From Glaucostegus cemiculus (Eukaryota), in NCBI GenBank assembly GCA_976551045.1, contig CDPCPM010000114.1, forward strand, positions 9,052,001-9,116,000: a stretch of 64,000 nt of DNA. The letters are read 5' to 3'. Positions 1 through 13,737 of the stretch are shown here, piece after piece. Under the pieces are notes generated by a model. The model made no database searches. It saw nothing but the letters and a program-made list of their open reading frames with translations, and was not told where the DNA came from. Numbering within the stretch: the stretch's first letter is position 1; each line of letters begins with the position of its first letter. The translations under genes and the position numbers were made by a program.

Positions 1-349
1 ACTTCCCGTTGATCTGCAGACCTCACCTGGGAGCTGGTGAGCAAGAACTAGAACAAAACATTCACCCTCGTCACTAAGCTGCTGTTTTTCTAAGATTGGA
101 CCCCATTGGAAAGCTAAATGATAATCATGAGTAATAATGCTAAGAGGAGAATTATGTTTAGTTCTGCATAACTTTACGTGAAGCAGATGGCTTAATCAAT
201 TGCTGAACTTCTAGTGTAGCTGTGCATTATTGAATATGATAGAGGCTCATATTTAAAATTATTTTATTTTTAATTATATTCCTATTTTGAGAATTCAGTA
301 AACTCATGGCAAATTAATCTGAGTATCAATCAGATTGCAAAACAAAAGT

Positions 350-600
350 CCTTACACTGATACAACACAACAGCCATTGCCTACAGTCTCTATCACTAAC
401 TGTGTTCCCTACCCACTGAGTCTGTCCTTCTCACTGGCAACCATCTGAAATTGAACCAGTTTTGGGATATGATTTGACCAGAGATGAGCTTCAGATCATA
501 TCTGCGATCCAGCTTGCACCAAATGCCACTCCTCTATCACCTTTCCTAGCTGATCCACACCATTAAAACTATCAACTAAGAAGTTTGACGTGCATTTCTT
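350..600 (+). mobile_element. Highly decayed L2-group LINE fragment
   Basis: Weak resemblance to L2 ORF2 3' region (TTTGACCAGAGATGAGCTTCAG; ATCACCTTTCCTAGCTGATCCACAC); no ORF. Confidence 0.3.
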
Positions 601-1461
601 CCAGTATCTGACACTTTAATTAGCTTTCTCTGTCAGAAATAAAGGTGATGGAGACACTCAGAAGGTCTGGCCACATCTATGAAGAGTGAAACTGAGCTGA
701 TGCAACACCTGAAACATTAGAATTGGTGTTCTAACCTTGTGCCAGGTGAACAGGGCACAGGCTCAGCAGCAGATTTATCAGCCAGACGCTGGGAAATCTG
801 TGCAAGTTTGCACTTCCCCATGGGCTCCATGGTTCAGCATGGTAAATGGGCTGCTGTGAGGAAAGCTGTTGGTTTACACTCTTGCTGAAGCATGTATGAT
901 GGAAAATTCACTGTAAGTTAAACGAGACCAATTTAAGGCAACCCATAATTCCTCAGCAAGAGGGAAACTCAGCACTCAACCAAATTTTGAAGTGCAATCA
1001 AGTTTCAAATGCAGAGTAGGTTATTGAACATGGTTTTGAGAAAAATCTGTATTTCATGCTGAATATGTGGAAATTCAATATATTTCCGCCAACAACATCT
1101 GGATTCTACCTGAAACTGTGCTCTGTTACTTAATGAAATAGGCCTGTAATTGACTGATTTTTTTTTGTCATAATTTTTCTTTGCATGTGGCTAGTAACGG
1201 TGAGGCAACTTACTGTGTGCAGCTTTGATCAACATACAGTGTTGATGAGTTCAACTTTTCCTGCACTCGAGCCTCCAGTAAACTGACTTGCTACTTGGCA
1301 TAAAATGAACCTGTGCTTTGAACCCATTGATGCTCCTGTAGAAATCCTTGATCACATCTGCAAATTGCATAAGTTGCTTATCTAGACATGGATGTGAAGG
1401 ATTCCCACTAAATACATTGTTCCATTTTATTTTTAATCCTTTGAGCCTACCAAACAAAGAG

Positions 1462-1592
1462 CTGTAGATACTGGAAATCTAAAATACAGACAGAAAATAC
1501 TAGAAATGCTCGACAGGTCAGGCTGCATCTGTAGGAAGGGAAACAGCTAACATTTCAAGTCAAAGACCCTTCATCAGACCTGAAATGTCAGC
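1462..1592 (-). mobile_element. Penelope-derived terminal-repeat copy with decayed hammerhead motif
   Basis: Matches the family at 19.3/20.3/31.5/43.3/63.8 kb; minus strand reads CTGATGAAGGGTCTTTGACTTGAAATG. Confidence 0.65.
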
Positions 1593-2505
1593 AACTGTGA
1601 TTGGTTAACTTGCATTTTAACCATTATAAAAGACTACATATACAGTCTGATGTAGGTTTTCAGTATCTTGCCAGAATATGTCTTTGGATGCAGTATTCTT
1701 TTGGTGTTGGCACTTTGTTGACCTCGATTAACCAGTCAGCACATGTATAAGTGTTCATATTGATAAACTCATCATTAATTTTCCCCTCAATTTATAAATC
1801 CCTGCATTTTCATATTGCTGACATTGTTCTGGCTTGGAGTTCTGGGTCAAGCCTTGCTCAGTGAGGATCTGTGTCCTTGCCTTTTACACACAAAACATTT
1901 CGCTGCTTTAACCAGGCATCCCACTGACAGGTGGTCTCCATCACATTTGCAGCTGCTTTTTCCCACCAGCCTTGCCCTTCCAGCCAAGTTCACTGACACG
2001 ATTCAGCATTAATATCAGAACTTTTGGCTTAGTTGCTCCCATTTGCCCCACAGCAGCATTAGCACTGAGATTCTTTAGCATCATTGGAAGTCATTTCCAT
2101 GATTTTACATATATTCCTCAAATGTTTAATCCTTTGCATTTAATAATTTAGATTGAACTAGCCCTGTCAACCTGCACACAAAGATGTCTCAAAGTACTCA
2201 GTTTAGGAAGGTTCTTTAACACAACTGGATAATGATTAATCACCTTAATGACCTTTGGTTTCTGGTCCTGAATTTGAAAAGTGGATGATTTCTGTTTGGA
2301 GATGAAAGTGATTCTGCAATTATTCTAGTAACTCATCAAATAAAACATTGGTTTTCCCTCTTGGATGGTGAAGTATGTACCTGAGCCTCAGTCTGTGTTC
2401 GTTTCTTTTGTTCGATTTTTTTGTATGAGCAGAAGGCAACAGCAGCAGCCAGATTAGTGACACCTTGAATGGCTCGATTGTGCAGCAAGAACATTTGAAG
2501 TGTAG

Positions 2506-3225
2506 TCAAGTCAAAGTCGAGTTTGCTGTCAGATGTACAAGTACATGAATGCACAAGTGCAATGAAAAACTTAGTTGCAGGCACATAAAATCCAATGCAC
2601 AGCACTCACAAGAAAGACATATATTAACAAAAATTATATAAAATTGTACAAGAAACAACACAATTAGAACAAGCAAAAGGAAACAAGGTCCATTGTCGTG
2701 CAAAGTGGTCATAGTATTACTATACTGAGGTGGTGATGAGGAATCACTACTATATTCAAATTCAGTATGCATCGGAGCGAAATAGCGTACTTCACAGATC
2801 AAGATGCTCGTCACATTAAAAAAAAAGCAATGAGAGACACAAAGACAGAAAGACATTAACAACATTGGAACCACAAAATTAAATAGTGACTCGAATAAAC
2901 AATCTTAAAGTGAGCGTACTGAGGCAGCAGACAATGGACATTTAAAGTGCTGGTGAATTTCTGTACACCTAGCATCCTTTGGTGTTGGCAGGAGGGATGG
3001 AGGGATGAGGGAGTTCATGGTTCTGATAGCTTGTGGGAAGAAGCTATTGCACAGTCTGGTAGTCCTTGCCTGGATGCACTGTTAGGGTTGTGCAGGTTGG
3101 TTTAAGAACCAAATGGTTGAAGAGAAGTAGCTGTTCTTGAACCTGGTGGTGTGGGACTTCACACTCCTGTAGCTCTTGCCCGATGGTAGCTGCAAGAGGG
3201 TGGCATGGCCCAGATGGTATGATGG
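2506..3225 (-). mobile_element. Rex1/Babar-like LINE 3' end, split by a nested insertion
   Basis: 2506-2735 and 3080-3225 are collinear with the copy at 48955-49300 (GTCAAAGTC..TGTCAGATG..CAAGTACATG; TTAGGGTTGTG..GAAGTAGCTGTTCTTGAA); minus ORF reads LPSGKSYRSVKSHTTRFKNSYFSSTI. Confidence 0.75.
2750..3078 (-). mobile_element. Older copy of the Rex1 family seen at 26.9 kb and 61.2 kb, nested
   Basis: CATTTAAAGTGCTGGTGAATTTCTGTACACCTAGCATC nearly identical to 27137-27172. Confidence 0.75.
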
Positions 3226-3239
3226 CAAGCAATAGAGAT

Positions 3240-3410
3240 AGGGGCTCAGTAGCCAGGGGCATTGATAGGTTTTTGTGGCCATGAGTGAGATTCCAGGATG
3301 GTGGGTTGCCTTCTGGTGCTGGGATCAAGGATGTCTCTGAGCAGGCACAGGACATTCTGAAAGAGGAGAGTGAGCCACCAGATGTTGTGGTCCACATTGA
3401 TATTAATGAT
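3240..3410 (+). mobile_element. CR1 LINE ORF1 (SGNH esterase) fragment
   Basis: Translates GAGIKDVSEQAQDILKEESEPPDVVVHIDIND, like the CR1 ORF1 PGA..KDV / VVVHIGTND blocks. Confidence 0.75.
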
Positions 3411-3489
3411 GCATTGTGGAAAGCCAATGGTAAGAGGGAAGCATTCAGTAAATGGCAGGATCCCAAGGAGCATTTGCCATTTACTGAAT

Positions 3490-3749
3490 ACAAAGGGATC
3501 TTGGGCTACAAGTATATAGCTCTCTGAAAGTGGGAACACAAGTGGATAGGAGAGCAAAGAAGGCATGCAGTCTGCAATATGCTTGTTTTCATCGTTCGGT
3601 GCATTGAGTATAAAAATTGGCAAGTCATTTTGGCTGTATAAAACTTTGGTTTGGCCACATTTGGAGTAATGTGTACAGTTCTTGGCTCCACACTGTGGGA
3701 AGGATATGGGAGCTTTGGAGAAGGTGCAAAACAGGTTCATCAGGATGTT
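3490..3749 (+). mobile_element. CR1 LINE ORF2 3' fragment
   Basis: Encodes LYKTLVWPHLE*CVQF..PH..KDMGALEKVQNRFIRML, the CR1 post-RT motif. Confidence 0.85.
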
Positions 3750-5159
3750 AAGCCACACACAGAACACTGGAGGAACCATCAGGACAGGCAGCACCTGTGG
3801 AGGAAATCTTCTTGAATGTATCTCTTTGTAAAGCAAATCTAAATTACTTTAATGATAATGAAGGCTAGGTTTTCTTCCCACAACTAATATTTTTAAAACC
3901 TTTGGATGGTTTAAATTTCTGTTCTGGAGATTGAAATCATTTTCATTTATTTGATTATTTTTATGCATTCCTGATGTATGGATATTTGGACTTGGATTAC
4001 CAGTTTATGTGTGACGTAGAGCATAATCCTTATTATTCATCATGCTCAAAGATTAACTTGTCAGCAACTTCAATGTCATAGAATTCACTGAATCCTCATG
4101 GAATTTGACCTCAGAATACATAATCGATTTTCTTAATCTTTCCTTTAAATCAGTATACAGCTCTCAGAGCACGTTTTTTTTTCCAGTTGGTCAGGAATGT
4201 TGAAAATTGAATAAACACTGGGCATGGAGATGTTTAAAATTGTTTTATTTCTTGTTACAGTGCCAATGCTTGCTATATTTTCCACCAGTTCATTAAAATG
4301 TGCAATTGGGTGTGTTATTTATTCTACCATAAAAGTTTATTTGTTAATTGAAGAGCTTTATCTTTACTTTTCTGCTTTTTCAACATTGCTTACAGTTTTT
4401 TTCCTTCATGAGCAAATTCACACATCTGTAATTAAAATGTTACATCTTTATGTCTTTGGGAAGGTTTTAACTGGTGAAAGGGAAGATAATTGTGACAGCT
4501 GAGTTATCAGGCAGAATAATTTGCAACAGTAATAAAAGACTTTTTGACTTGTAGCTTACGTGAAAATCTAGCAATCGAGATGGCAATAGCAGCTAAGCTT
4601 GAATTTGGTTATCTATGAACATTGCAACTTTGAAATCAATTCAGCTTATTAATTCAAGAGGTTTTGAATAACTATTTGAACATATAACTGTTAATCATTT
4701 CATGTATAACATAAGAGTAGACATAATGGTCTCATGACCACATATAATGGGAATCAGTGTTTACTATTGATATTAAATTTTTTCACTGATGCGCTTTCTC
4801 TTCTTTTAATCAAATGTCATTACATCTTTCAAACCCTAAATCATAACTCACATGAACAAAATTATAGTTTCTTTGGTTATCATGAACTACAAATTCATCT
4901 GCACAATGCCCAAAAGATCAGCATGGGGCAGATGTAAATCTCTTTCAAGCAGTGTTAATCAATTTTATGCATTTCTGAATGAGTTATCATCAGCCATTCA
5001 TGTTGTATGTACATGTTGGTGCAAGAATTCTGTGTATCCCAGTGTGGTTTTTTCGCATTTAACTGGCCCAGTGACACGATCAATTCATTCCTGGCGTGAT
5101 TTTCACCCGCATTGGAACAAATCATGATTGGTGCTCCTTACTCATAGGAAAATGAGCTT

Positions 5160-6178
5160 CTTTCTTTTTCAATCTTTTTATTAGTTACAAATCAATACAG
5201 ATTAATATATAGCATCAATGTTTGCATGTGGAGATCAGGATAACAATCATAGCATTGGTAATCATAAGAAACAATGAAGTATAATATATATTAAAAAAAT
5301 AGATCCAACAGTCTCTTGGTTAATGAAGATAGTATAAAAGATAAGAAGGAAAACAATTTATTATATAAATTGGAAAAAAAGAAAGAAAAAAAACCCAAAT
5401 CAATAAGAAACATTGTAACAATATAAACTGAACAGAAAATTTTGGGGAAAAAATGGGCTAAAATTTCTCAATAGAAACAGAGCAATATTATGTTGTCAGC
5501 TCCATTCCTCTAAATTGAAAAGTTATTGAAAGGGAATCTACATCATGTGAAAATATTGAATAAATGGACTCCAAATATCTTCAAATTTAAGCGAAGGATC
5601 AACAGTACCATGCCTAATTTTTTCCAAGTTTAAACATTATATAGTTTGAGAGAACCATTGAAAGATAGTAGGGGGTATTGGATCCTTCCATTTAAGCAGA
5701 ATGGTTTGCTTGGCCATTAATGTAACAAAGGCAATCATACGGTTAGCGGAAGCAGATAAATATCCTTGGTAATCCAAAAATTGCAGGAGTAGGATGGGGT
5801 TGTAAGTCAATCTTCAATACATTTGAAATAATATTAAAAATGTCTTTCCAATATCTTTCAAAAAAAGGACAGGACCAAAACATATGTGCCAAAGAGGCCA
5901 CATTCAATTTACATCTATCACATATAGGATTTATATGGTCATATAAATGAGCTAGCTTATCTTTGGACATATGGGTCCTGTGCACTACTTTAAACTGTAT
6001 CAATGAATGTCTGGCACACACTGAGAATGTATTAACTAAATGAAGAATGTTCTTCCAAGTCTCTGAAGGTATAGATATCTGGAGTTCACTTTCCCAATCA
6101 TTCTTAATTTTGTCCAATGACTCTGGACATATTTTCATGATTAAATCATAGATTATTGCTATCAAGCCCTTCTGATGG
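5160..6178 (-). mobile_element. 5'-truncated L1-clade LINE (ORF2 C-terminal zinc knuckle plus 3' UTR)
   Basis: ORF 5743..6279: WESELQISI..QFKVVHR..CDRCKLNVASLAHMFWSCP (CCHC); AATAAA and A-rich tail on the minus strand near 5160-5182. Confidence 0.9.
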
Positions 6179-9100
6179 AAATGAGCTTCTATGCTGAAGC
6201 TCAAACTGAATGTTACTTCAAGGGTCAGGTACATGTCTTCTGTAGCCAGACGCAGAAATCTCCACCAAACAAACCTCAAGACTTGTTCAAACTGGAATCC
6301 CAGTCACCAAGCCCTTATATAGTTTCTGCAGGTTCCTCCTCAGAATTAAGTGGCCTGAATTGCAGAAGGAAATTCTGCAGAAAGAAGTTATGTTGAATTT
6401 AAATGGATTTACCAAAGTTGGATGGAGACATCTGACAAAGGAGGTGAATTCATGGAAGAAAGCTGCAGTGTGACGTCTGTAAGGACATCTGTACCTTCCA
6501 TGAATGGCCGCACCTTATGAGTCCCTCATTACAACCTTATTCCTCTTGCAGGTGCAAATGCAAAGGTCACATTATGAAAAGTATGTTTGCCATTATGCCA
6601 ATAAGGCTCCTTCTTGATTTCTGCAACTGAGAAGTGAGTAGCAAAATGATATAGGTGGCAAATCTCAACAGAGACAGTTTGCAAGGGATCCAAGGGAAAT
6701 ATTTCCGAAAGTAACTGTAACCCTGGCTTTGACTTTGACAGCAGTGCAGTGTGTTCATTTGCTACTTTAGGTTTGTGCCGTGAAACCTGCAAATCCAGAA
6801 GTTGCTTTCTGTGAGACGCTGCTGCTCCACAGGATGCACTGCCGAAATCCTCGGAGATATAAATCTTTTTGATACAAGTTAATTTAAAAATTTCAGCTTT
6901 TTATGTGCTGTAATTGTTGACTTGAGATGTAACTGTGATTTTTATGGTGTACCGTATAATATTTACTGCTGAACACTGATCTTGCCTTGGAAACATAATT
7001 TGATGTGTGGGGTTTAATTCCCTGAGAATTACTTTAAAATTAAATGCATTTTAAGAAGTATATTTTTCTAAGATGTTTTTGATTTTCAACATCAATCTTA
7101 ATCTCATTGCATAGGTCAATGGTGTCATCAGTTTGAATGAAATTGCGACCAGGCAAAGCAAAATCCACATGAAAAGAATTCAGTAGAGCTCTGATAGCAG
7201 GGAAGGTTAGACACTTGAATGGTGACTGGACAATCCAAAGGGAAAAAATATCTGGCTCAATAGATCTCAGTGTAATTTTAGTGCAGCAGGGGCAAAATCA
7301 GAAAATTTACTTGGTACACTGCATAAAATTTATGCTGCAATTTATCAACCGAATTAGGAGATTGTCTTTCTAGTAGCGGAGTCCACAGGGATCTTATTTC
7401 CCAGTCACAAATAATAATCATTGTAACTACACAAAAGGGGTCCAGAGAGTAAGAAATTACATTGGCTTCTCAATTAGACATTTACAGTTTCAGCATCATC
7501 AGTCTTATTACCGAAACTCAGAACTTAAATCAGGGTAAAAGGGAAGGATCATGAAAACAGCAAAGTTGTTTCCATGAGCAGCCATGGGGAATATATAACA
7601 GCTATTAGTGGGCTCATAAGTCTGCAAATGTTTGCCATTTATTGTAAGGAGCTGAGTTGCCATAAGGTGGAATTGTACATGTTTCATTAGTAACAGTTTC
7701 AACATATTTCCACTCTTGGCTTTTGTAAAACTAATATAGAACAAATCAAATTAGGCAGTCTCTCCCTGTGCATTGGATTTGAGTATGGCTACAGGTAGTT
7801 GTTAACAGTTGATCATTAGTGGGCAGTCACCTTGGGATGAAAATTGATCAGCCTTTGTCAAATCAGGTTTGGGCTTGAGCAGTATTCCGGACTGACCAGT
7901 GGGAGTAGCTTTAAAAACATGGCATGATCTGAGAATTTCCAACCTCCAACAACCACTCACGGGTCAACCATAACAAGAGCTCAGGTGAACAGAAACAGCT
8001 GAGCTATCCCCAAAAGAGTGACAGGGCACTGAAATACTCCAAGTTACCAGTGATGTTGCACTGCATGTGGATAGAATGGAATTCTGCTCTTTTTAAAGGA
8101 AATCTTTACTTTTACCAAGAAAGTCATATCAAGAATCCGAGTCGAAATGATACAGTCAGCAATTGCTGATGATGTGAGTGAATGTTTCTTCTGTGTTCTG
8201 CAAAAGAAAACAGAAACCTGTTTCAAAAGATTTTTTCTCAAATGTGGGTGCACAGACTTCACAAAGAAAATGTTTGTGAATATATTGCTCAACCATGTAG
8301 TTATACAAGCTTGAAGAATTCATTGGTTGTTATGAGATTAAAGAGTTGAATGAACCAAAATAGTGATGACTTGAATTAATCAGCATCTTTAATGATATCA
8401 TCTATGTTGCAAATAGGTGTAACACTGGTTTTGTAATCCTTGACTATTTTAGATGAGTTGATGGCTCATGCCTCAGTATTTTACTAAGTTCAGCTTGTCA
8501 CTTCTGAGGTGCATCTCAGTTATACATTGAACCGATTCCTAACTGGAAGGCTGAACTTTCTCAAAGTTAAGTTCAGATCCAAAATGATGAGGTTCAACAC
8601 ACATGTGGGGCCTCAGCTTCATAACTACTGCAATTTGGGAATACCAAACCATCTTGCCAAAAAAACAATGAAGGAAGCCTTTGCCAACAGTGAAAAACAG
8701 ATTCTTCAATGCTCTTGAATGTCCCTGACTCCAAGACATTCAAGAACTACTAAAATGCAATTAGGCAAATAAATCCAAACTGATTTAAAACTTTATTTAA
8801 AATAAAATATTGGGACAGGTGGATCTGGAGCCATCCCACTGCATGAACTCACTGCTTGCATTAACCTGCTCTTATACAGAGGGCCAAATGAGCTGGCTCT
8901 CCGTACCTGAGAGAAAATATTTCAGCAGTGAAATCACTGTCACATGCCTTACTTTTGTCCTTCTTGCTGCATGGTGAATGCACTTGCAGATTCTGCTCCA
9001 GGTGCCAGAGCAGATTCCCAGTGTGAATATTGGGGAATGCCGGGAAGCTCTTGCTCCACAGTTGCACTCTGTGCAGTGTCGAGCGGTGGAGCAGATTGAC

Positions 9101-9844
9101 AGGTTCACCAGCAAGAATTAGTCTGCAGATTTGTGAATTGCATCTTCACAAACTTATGTGCTGAGGTCCTCAGCATGCAGGCGTTTGTACAGGCAACTGC
9201 CAACATTTGGCTGGCATAGACTGGTGAGTTCCAATCTAATAACCAACAGGGATATCATACTGGAGTCGTGAGACAGCAGCTCTACCACTTGTTCCACTAC
9301 ACTTCTCGACTATGGACAAAGCAGAAGGTTTTGTCCTGATGTCCATACCCAGTTGATGGAACCAAATTTTGGAAGCAGAGAAGTTTGTATGGAAAATATG
9401 GGGTGTAAGGAATAAACGGTTACAATAATACTCAGAGGAAATGTTAGGATTGCATCCAGACTAGTGTGAGGTGATGCACTTTGGGTATTTAGCATTCATC
9501 AGTGAACATGTCCAATAATAACACTTCACTCTCAACTCTTAAGCAGTTATATTTGTCCGTTTCTGAAGAGGGCCAGATGAGCTTTGAATTCTCTCGCAGA
9601 AAGCCAGAGATCCAACTCATACCAACTAAGTTGCTTCTCTTCTGTCAAATGCATATTGATCAATAAGCAAAGTTTTGGAATTCAAACAAACCATAGCTGC
9701 TGACTGACAGTGAACAGACAAATCCACAGTAGCCTCATGGTTTGATATTTGTGTACCCATTAGTTTACACGTACACTGGAAAGAGTTGGCATCATGGGAG
9801 ATTTTAATTTTCCAAATATCAATTGGCATCTTCCTAGAGCAAGG

Positions 9845-10985
9845 AGTTTAGATTGGGTGGAGTTTGTTAAGTGTGTTTAGGAAGGTTTCTTGACATTATA
9901 TGTAGATAAGCCTACAAGAGGAGAGACTGTACTTGGTTCGGTATTGGGAAATGAACCTGATCAGGTGTCAGATCTCTCAATGGGAGAGCATTTTGGAGAT
10001 AGTGATAATAATTCAATCTCCTTTACAATAGCATTAGAGAGAGATAGGAACAGACAAGTTAGAAAAGTGTTTAATTGGAGTAAGGGGAATTATGAGGCTC
10101 TCAGGCAGGAAATTGGAAGCTTAAATTGGGAACAGATGTTCTTAGGGAAAAGTATGGATGAAATGTGGCAAATGTTCATGGGATATTCGTGTGAAGTTCT
10201 GCATAGGTATGTTCCAATGAGAGAGAGGTTGTGAAAGGATACAGGAACCATGGTATACAAAGGTTGTAATAAATCTTGTCAAGAAGAAAGGAAAAGTTTA
10301 CAAAAGATTCAGAGAGCTAGGTAATGTTAGAGATCTGGAAGATTATAAGGCTAACAGGAAGGAGCTTAAAAAGGAAATTAGGACAGCCAGAAGGGGCCAT
10401 GAGAAGGCCTTGGTGGGCAGGATTAAGGAAGACCCCAAGGCATTCTACAAGTATGTGAAGAGCAAGAGGATAAGATGTGAAAGAATAGGACCTATCAAGT
10501 ATAACAGTGGGAAAGTGTGTGTGGATCCGGAGGAAATAGAAGAGGTACTTAATGAATACTTTACTTCAGTATTCACTATGGAGAAGGATCTTAGTGATTG
10601 TAATGATGACTTAAAGCAAAATGAAAAGCTTGAGCGTGTTGATATTCAGAAAGAGGATGTGCTGGAGCTTTTGGAAAGCGTCAAGTTGGATAAGTCACCG
10701 GGACCGGATGAGATGTACCCCAGACTACTGTGAGAGGTGTGGGAGGAGATTGCTGAGCCTCTGCTGATGTTCTTTGCATCATCAGTGGGCACAGGAGAGG
10801 TTCCAGAGGATTAGAGGGTTGCGGATGTTGTTCCTTTATTCAAGAAATGGAGAAAAGATAGCCCAGGAAATTATAGACTGGTGAGTCTTACTTCAGTGGT
10901 TGGTAAGATGATGGAGAAGATCCTGAGAGGCAGGATTTATGAACATTTGGAGAGGTATAATATGATGAGAAATAGTCATCATGGA
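9845..10985 (+). mobile_element. CR1 LINE ORF2 fragment (end of AP endonuclease to start of RT), disrupted
   Basis: PTRGETVL..GEHFGDSDNNSI; IKEDPKAFYKYVKSKR; KSPGPDEMYPRLL; PGNYRLVSLTSVVGKMMEKIL. Confidence 0.95.
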
Positions 10986-11004
10986 TATCATCAGGAAAGA
11001 AGCA

Positions 11005-11345
11005 ACAAAGAGATGGTACAGGAGATTCACCAGGATGTTCCCTGGAATGCAGGTTTGCAGTTATAAGAAGATATTTGGAAAGATTGGGTTTATTCTCTCT
11101 GGAATATAGGAGACTGAGGGATGACCTAACAGAGGTTTGTAATATTATCGGGATCATAGATTGTATTGAGAGTCAGAGTCTTTTCCCTAGGGCAGGGAAA
11201 TCAAGATCTAGATGGCATGGGTTTAAAATGAGAGAGGGAAAATTAAAGGAGATCTGAGAGGATGTTTTTCCACACAAAAGATGGTGGTTATCTGGAATGA
11301 GCTTCCACAGCAGGTGGGAGAGGCAGATAGAAGTACAACCAGTCA
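11005..11345 (+). mobile_element. CR1 LINE 3' ORF2 fragment
   Basis: ERLGLFSLEYRRLRDDLTEV..FFHTKMVVIWNELP. Confidence 0.85.
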
Positions 11346-11489
11346 AAGAGGTAATTGGCATGACAGGCTTATGGAGGAGCTGGATCCCAAGCATTGTCCT
11401 CCTGGTGACTTCTTCCCACTGATGGTTGGGATTATTCTTGGGGGATTTTCATTACCTGGACCAATATCTCTGGCACGCTACCTCTGAAA

Positions 11490-11760
11490 TAAGATAAGAT
11501 CTTTATTAGTCACATGTACATCAAAACACACAATGAAATACATCTTTTGCGTAGTGATTTTGGGGGGCAGCCCGTGAGTGTCACCACGCTTCTGGTGCCA
11601 ACGTAGCATGCCCATAACTTCCTAACCTGTACATCTTTGGAATGTGGGAGGAAACCGGAGCACCCAGAGGAAACCCACCCAGACACGGGGAGAACGTACA
11701 AACTCCTTACAGACAGTGGCCGGATTTGAACCCAGATTGCTGGCACTGTAAAGCATTGTG
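11490..11760 (-). mobile_element. tRNA-derived V-SINE
   Basis: V-domain GGAGGAAACCGGAGCACCCAGAGGAAACCCAC; B-box GGTTCAAATCC on minus strand; (TCTTA)n tail; sister copies at 19.4, 55.3, 57.3 kb. Confidence 0.9.
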
Positions 11761-12754
11761 GGAACTACTATGCACGTGTACATGGGAGAGGTCTCCCCTT
11801 GAAGAGATTTTATTTGTCTTTAAGTAAGGTTGGGGATGCCAAAGTTCCTTCTTTCTACACCCCAATGCTAGTCTGAAGTAAATGAATAGTGCAGGATTGC
11901 CTGGTTCAGCTAATTGGTCATGGTGATTATTGAACCAGTGAACTCAATGTGTTCCTATTTCGTTGCAGCACATTTTTGGTCATGTTTGAATTTCTAGCCA
12001 ATGTTGATTGCTACAGCTCCAGAGGAGAAACCTCTGCCATGTCCACAGTTTGAAGGAGATGTATCCTGTTAAACACACATTTTGGCAGATGCCACCAAGC
12101 AACACATCAAGCAGGTATCAACACAGTAAAGGAAATCCACAGGGGATTTCTTGTTTGCAGGGATTTATATGGTACTATATTAGTCAATAAAGGCACAGAT
12201 TGCTTCTCCAATGTCTGGGTGAAATAAAATGCAGGGTTAATTGCACAAATTCCAGTTAACAGTTTTTATGTGGTATTAATACATGTGTCAAAGTGATAAA
12301 ATTATTGCAATGATTACACATCTCATTGAAGTGTTAGCACCTCAATCTAATTCCAGTTTTCACCCATGTGTAGAAACATATACAGTACAATGGTAGCAAT
12401 GGTATACAAGGGAAGTAACCTCATAATAAAGTTATTGTTACTTCTGCTTAACATCGAATAAACCTTTGATCAAAGAGTGTCATGTTAAATTATTTGCCAT
12501 TTTAAGGGTGATTCACTCTGTAATGCATGCTTGTCCTGATGTATTCTCTTTAGTTGCTGGCCTGTCTCAGCTTCAGCAGTCTTCAGTGCTCCCATTACTC
12601 TCCCAGCACACACAAAACTCTCCTCTTTATGGGAAGGCAGTAGATCTTTTGGATCGTAAATGAAGTTGATTTGAATTGCTTACTTCTGATATTTACTTTA
12701 GAAAAGTTAAATGTAAGTAAAAGCTCTGAAGAAACTTCCGCCTGTGTTTAGACA

Positions 12755-13115
12755 GAAGTGTACAAGATGATAAGAGGCATTGATCAAGTGAACAGTCAGA
12801 GACTGTCCCAGGGCGAAAATAGCTAACATGAGGGGGCATAATTTTAAGGTGATTGGAGGAAGGTATAAGGAGGATGTCTGAGGTAAGTTTTTTACACAGT
12901 AAGTGGTGGGTGTGTGGAACGCACTGCCGGCAGAGGTTGTGGGGGCAGATACATTAGGGACATTCAAGAGACTCTTAGATAGGCCATGAATGATAGTGAA
13001 ATGGAGGGCTATGTAGGGGAGAAGTGTTAGATAGATACTAGAGCAGGATTAAACGTCAGCACAACGTCATGGGCCGAAAGGCCTGTACTGTACTGTCATG
13101 TTCTATATGTTTCTT
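12755..13115 (+). mobile_element. CR1 LINE 3' end
   Basis: EVYKMIRGID..KFFTQ*VVGVWNALP; 3' UTR GGGCCGAAAGGCCTGTACTG..TTCTAT. Confidence 0.9.
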
Positions 13116-13567
13116 ATTTAGTGGCACTAAAATCATGGAATGGGGAAACACAGAATTGAGGCCATTTGGCTTAAAATACCTGAATGAGAACTCCAACTTC
13201 ACTTCCTTCATCTTTTTCTGCAAGTCCTTTCCCTTTTTTCACGAGGATCCAACTCCTTTCTAAAACCTGTCGTTGAATCTGCAGCTCCCTCTCTTTCAGT
13301 CAAAATATTGCAACTCGCTGCATCTTCTGATCTCTCCTTTTCTTATCTTTGGTGAAAGTAAATGAAAATGTATGCAGTCTGTGCTCGGCCACAGTAAAAT
13401 CATAACTGTCTTGTACTGAAAAACTGTAGCTCCTCCTCCTCAAACCGTAAGGACTTTTTCATGTAGAAAGAGGTTTTTGTACCACTACAATGTATTAAGT
13501 GCAGTATTTAAACAATCTCACCGAAAACACCGCTCAAGTTCAATGGATTTTCTAGGCTTTCAAAATA

Positions 13568-13737
13568 TTTATTGGTTTATTATTGTCACTTGTACCAAAG
13601 TACATTGAAAAGCTTGTCTTATAAAACGATCGCACAGGTCAATTCATTACACAGTGTAGTTACATTGAGTTAGTACAGAGTGCATTGATATTGTACAGGT
13701 AAAAAAACAATAACAGTACAGTTAAAGTGTCATACAG
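13568..13737 (-). mobile_element. Rex1-like LINE 3' UTR fragment
   Basis: Reverse-complement match to 51730-51890 and 15430-15545 (ACAATAATAAACCAAT tail). Confidence 0.75.

Noticed and set aside
6246-6860. Cluster of AG/GT-bounded segments as coding exons
   Set aside because: Frames are short, stop-interrupted and unrecognisable; splice signals are at chance level
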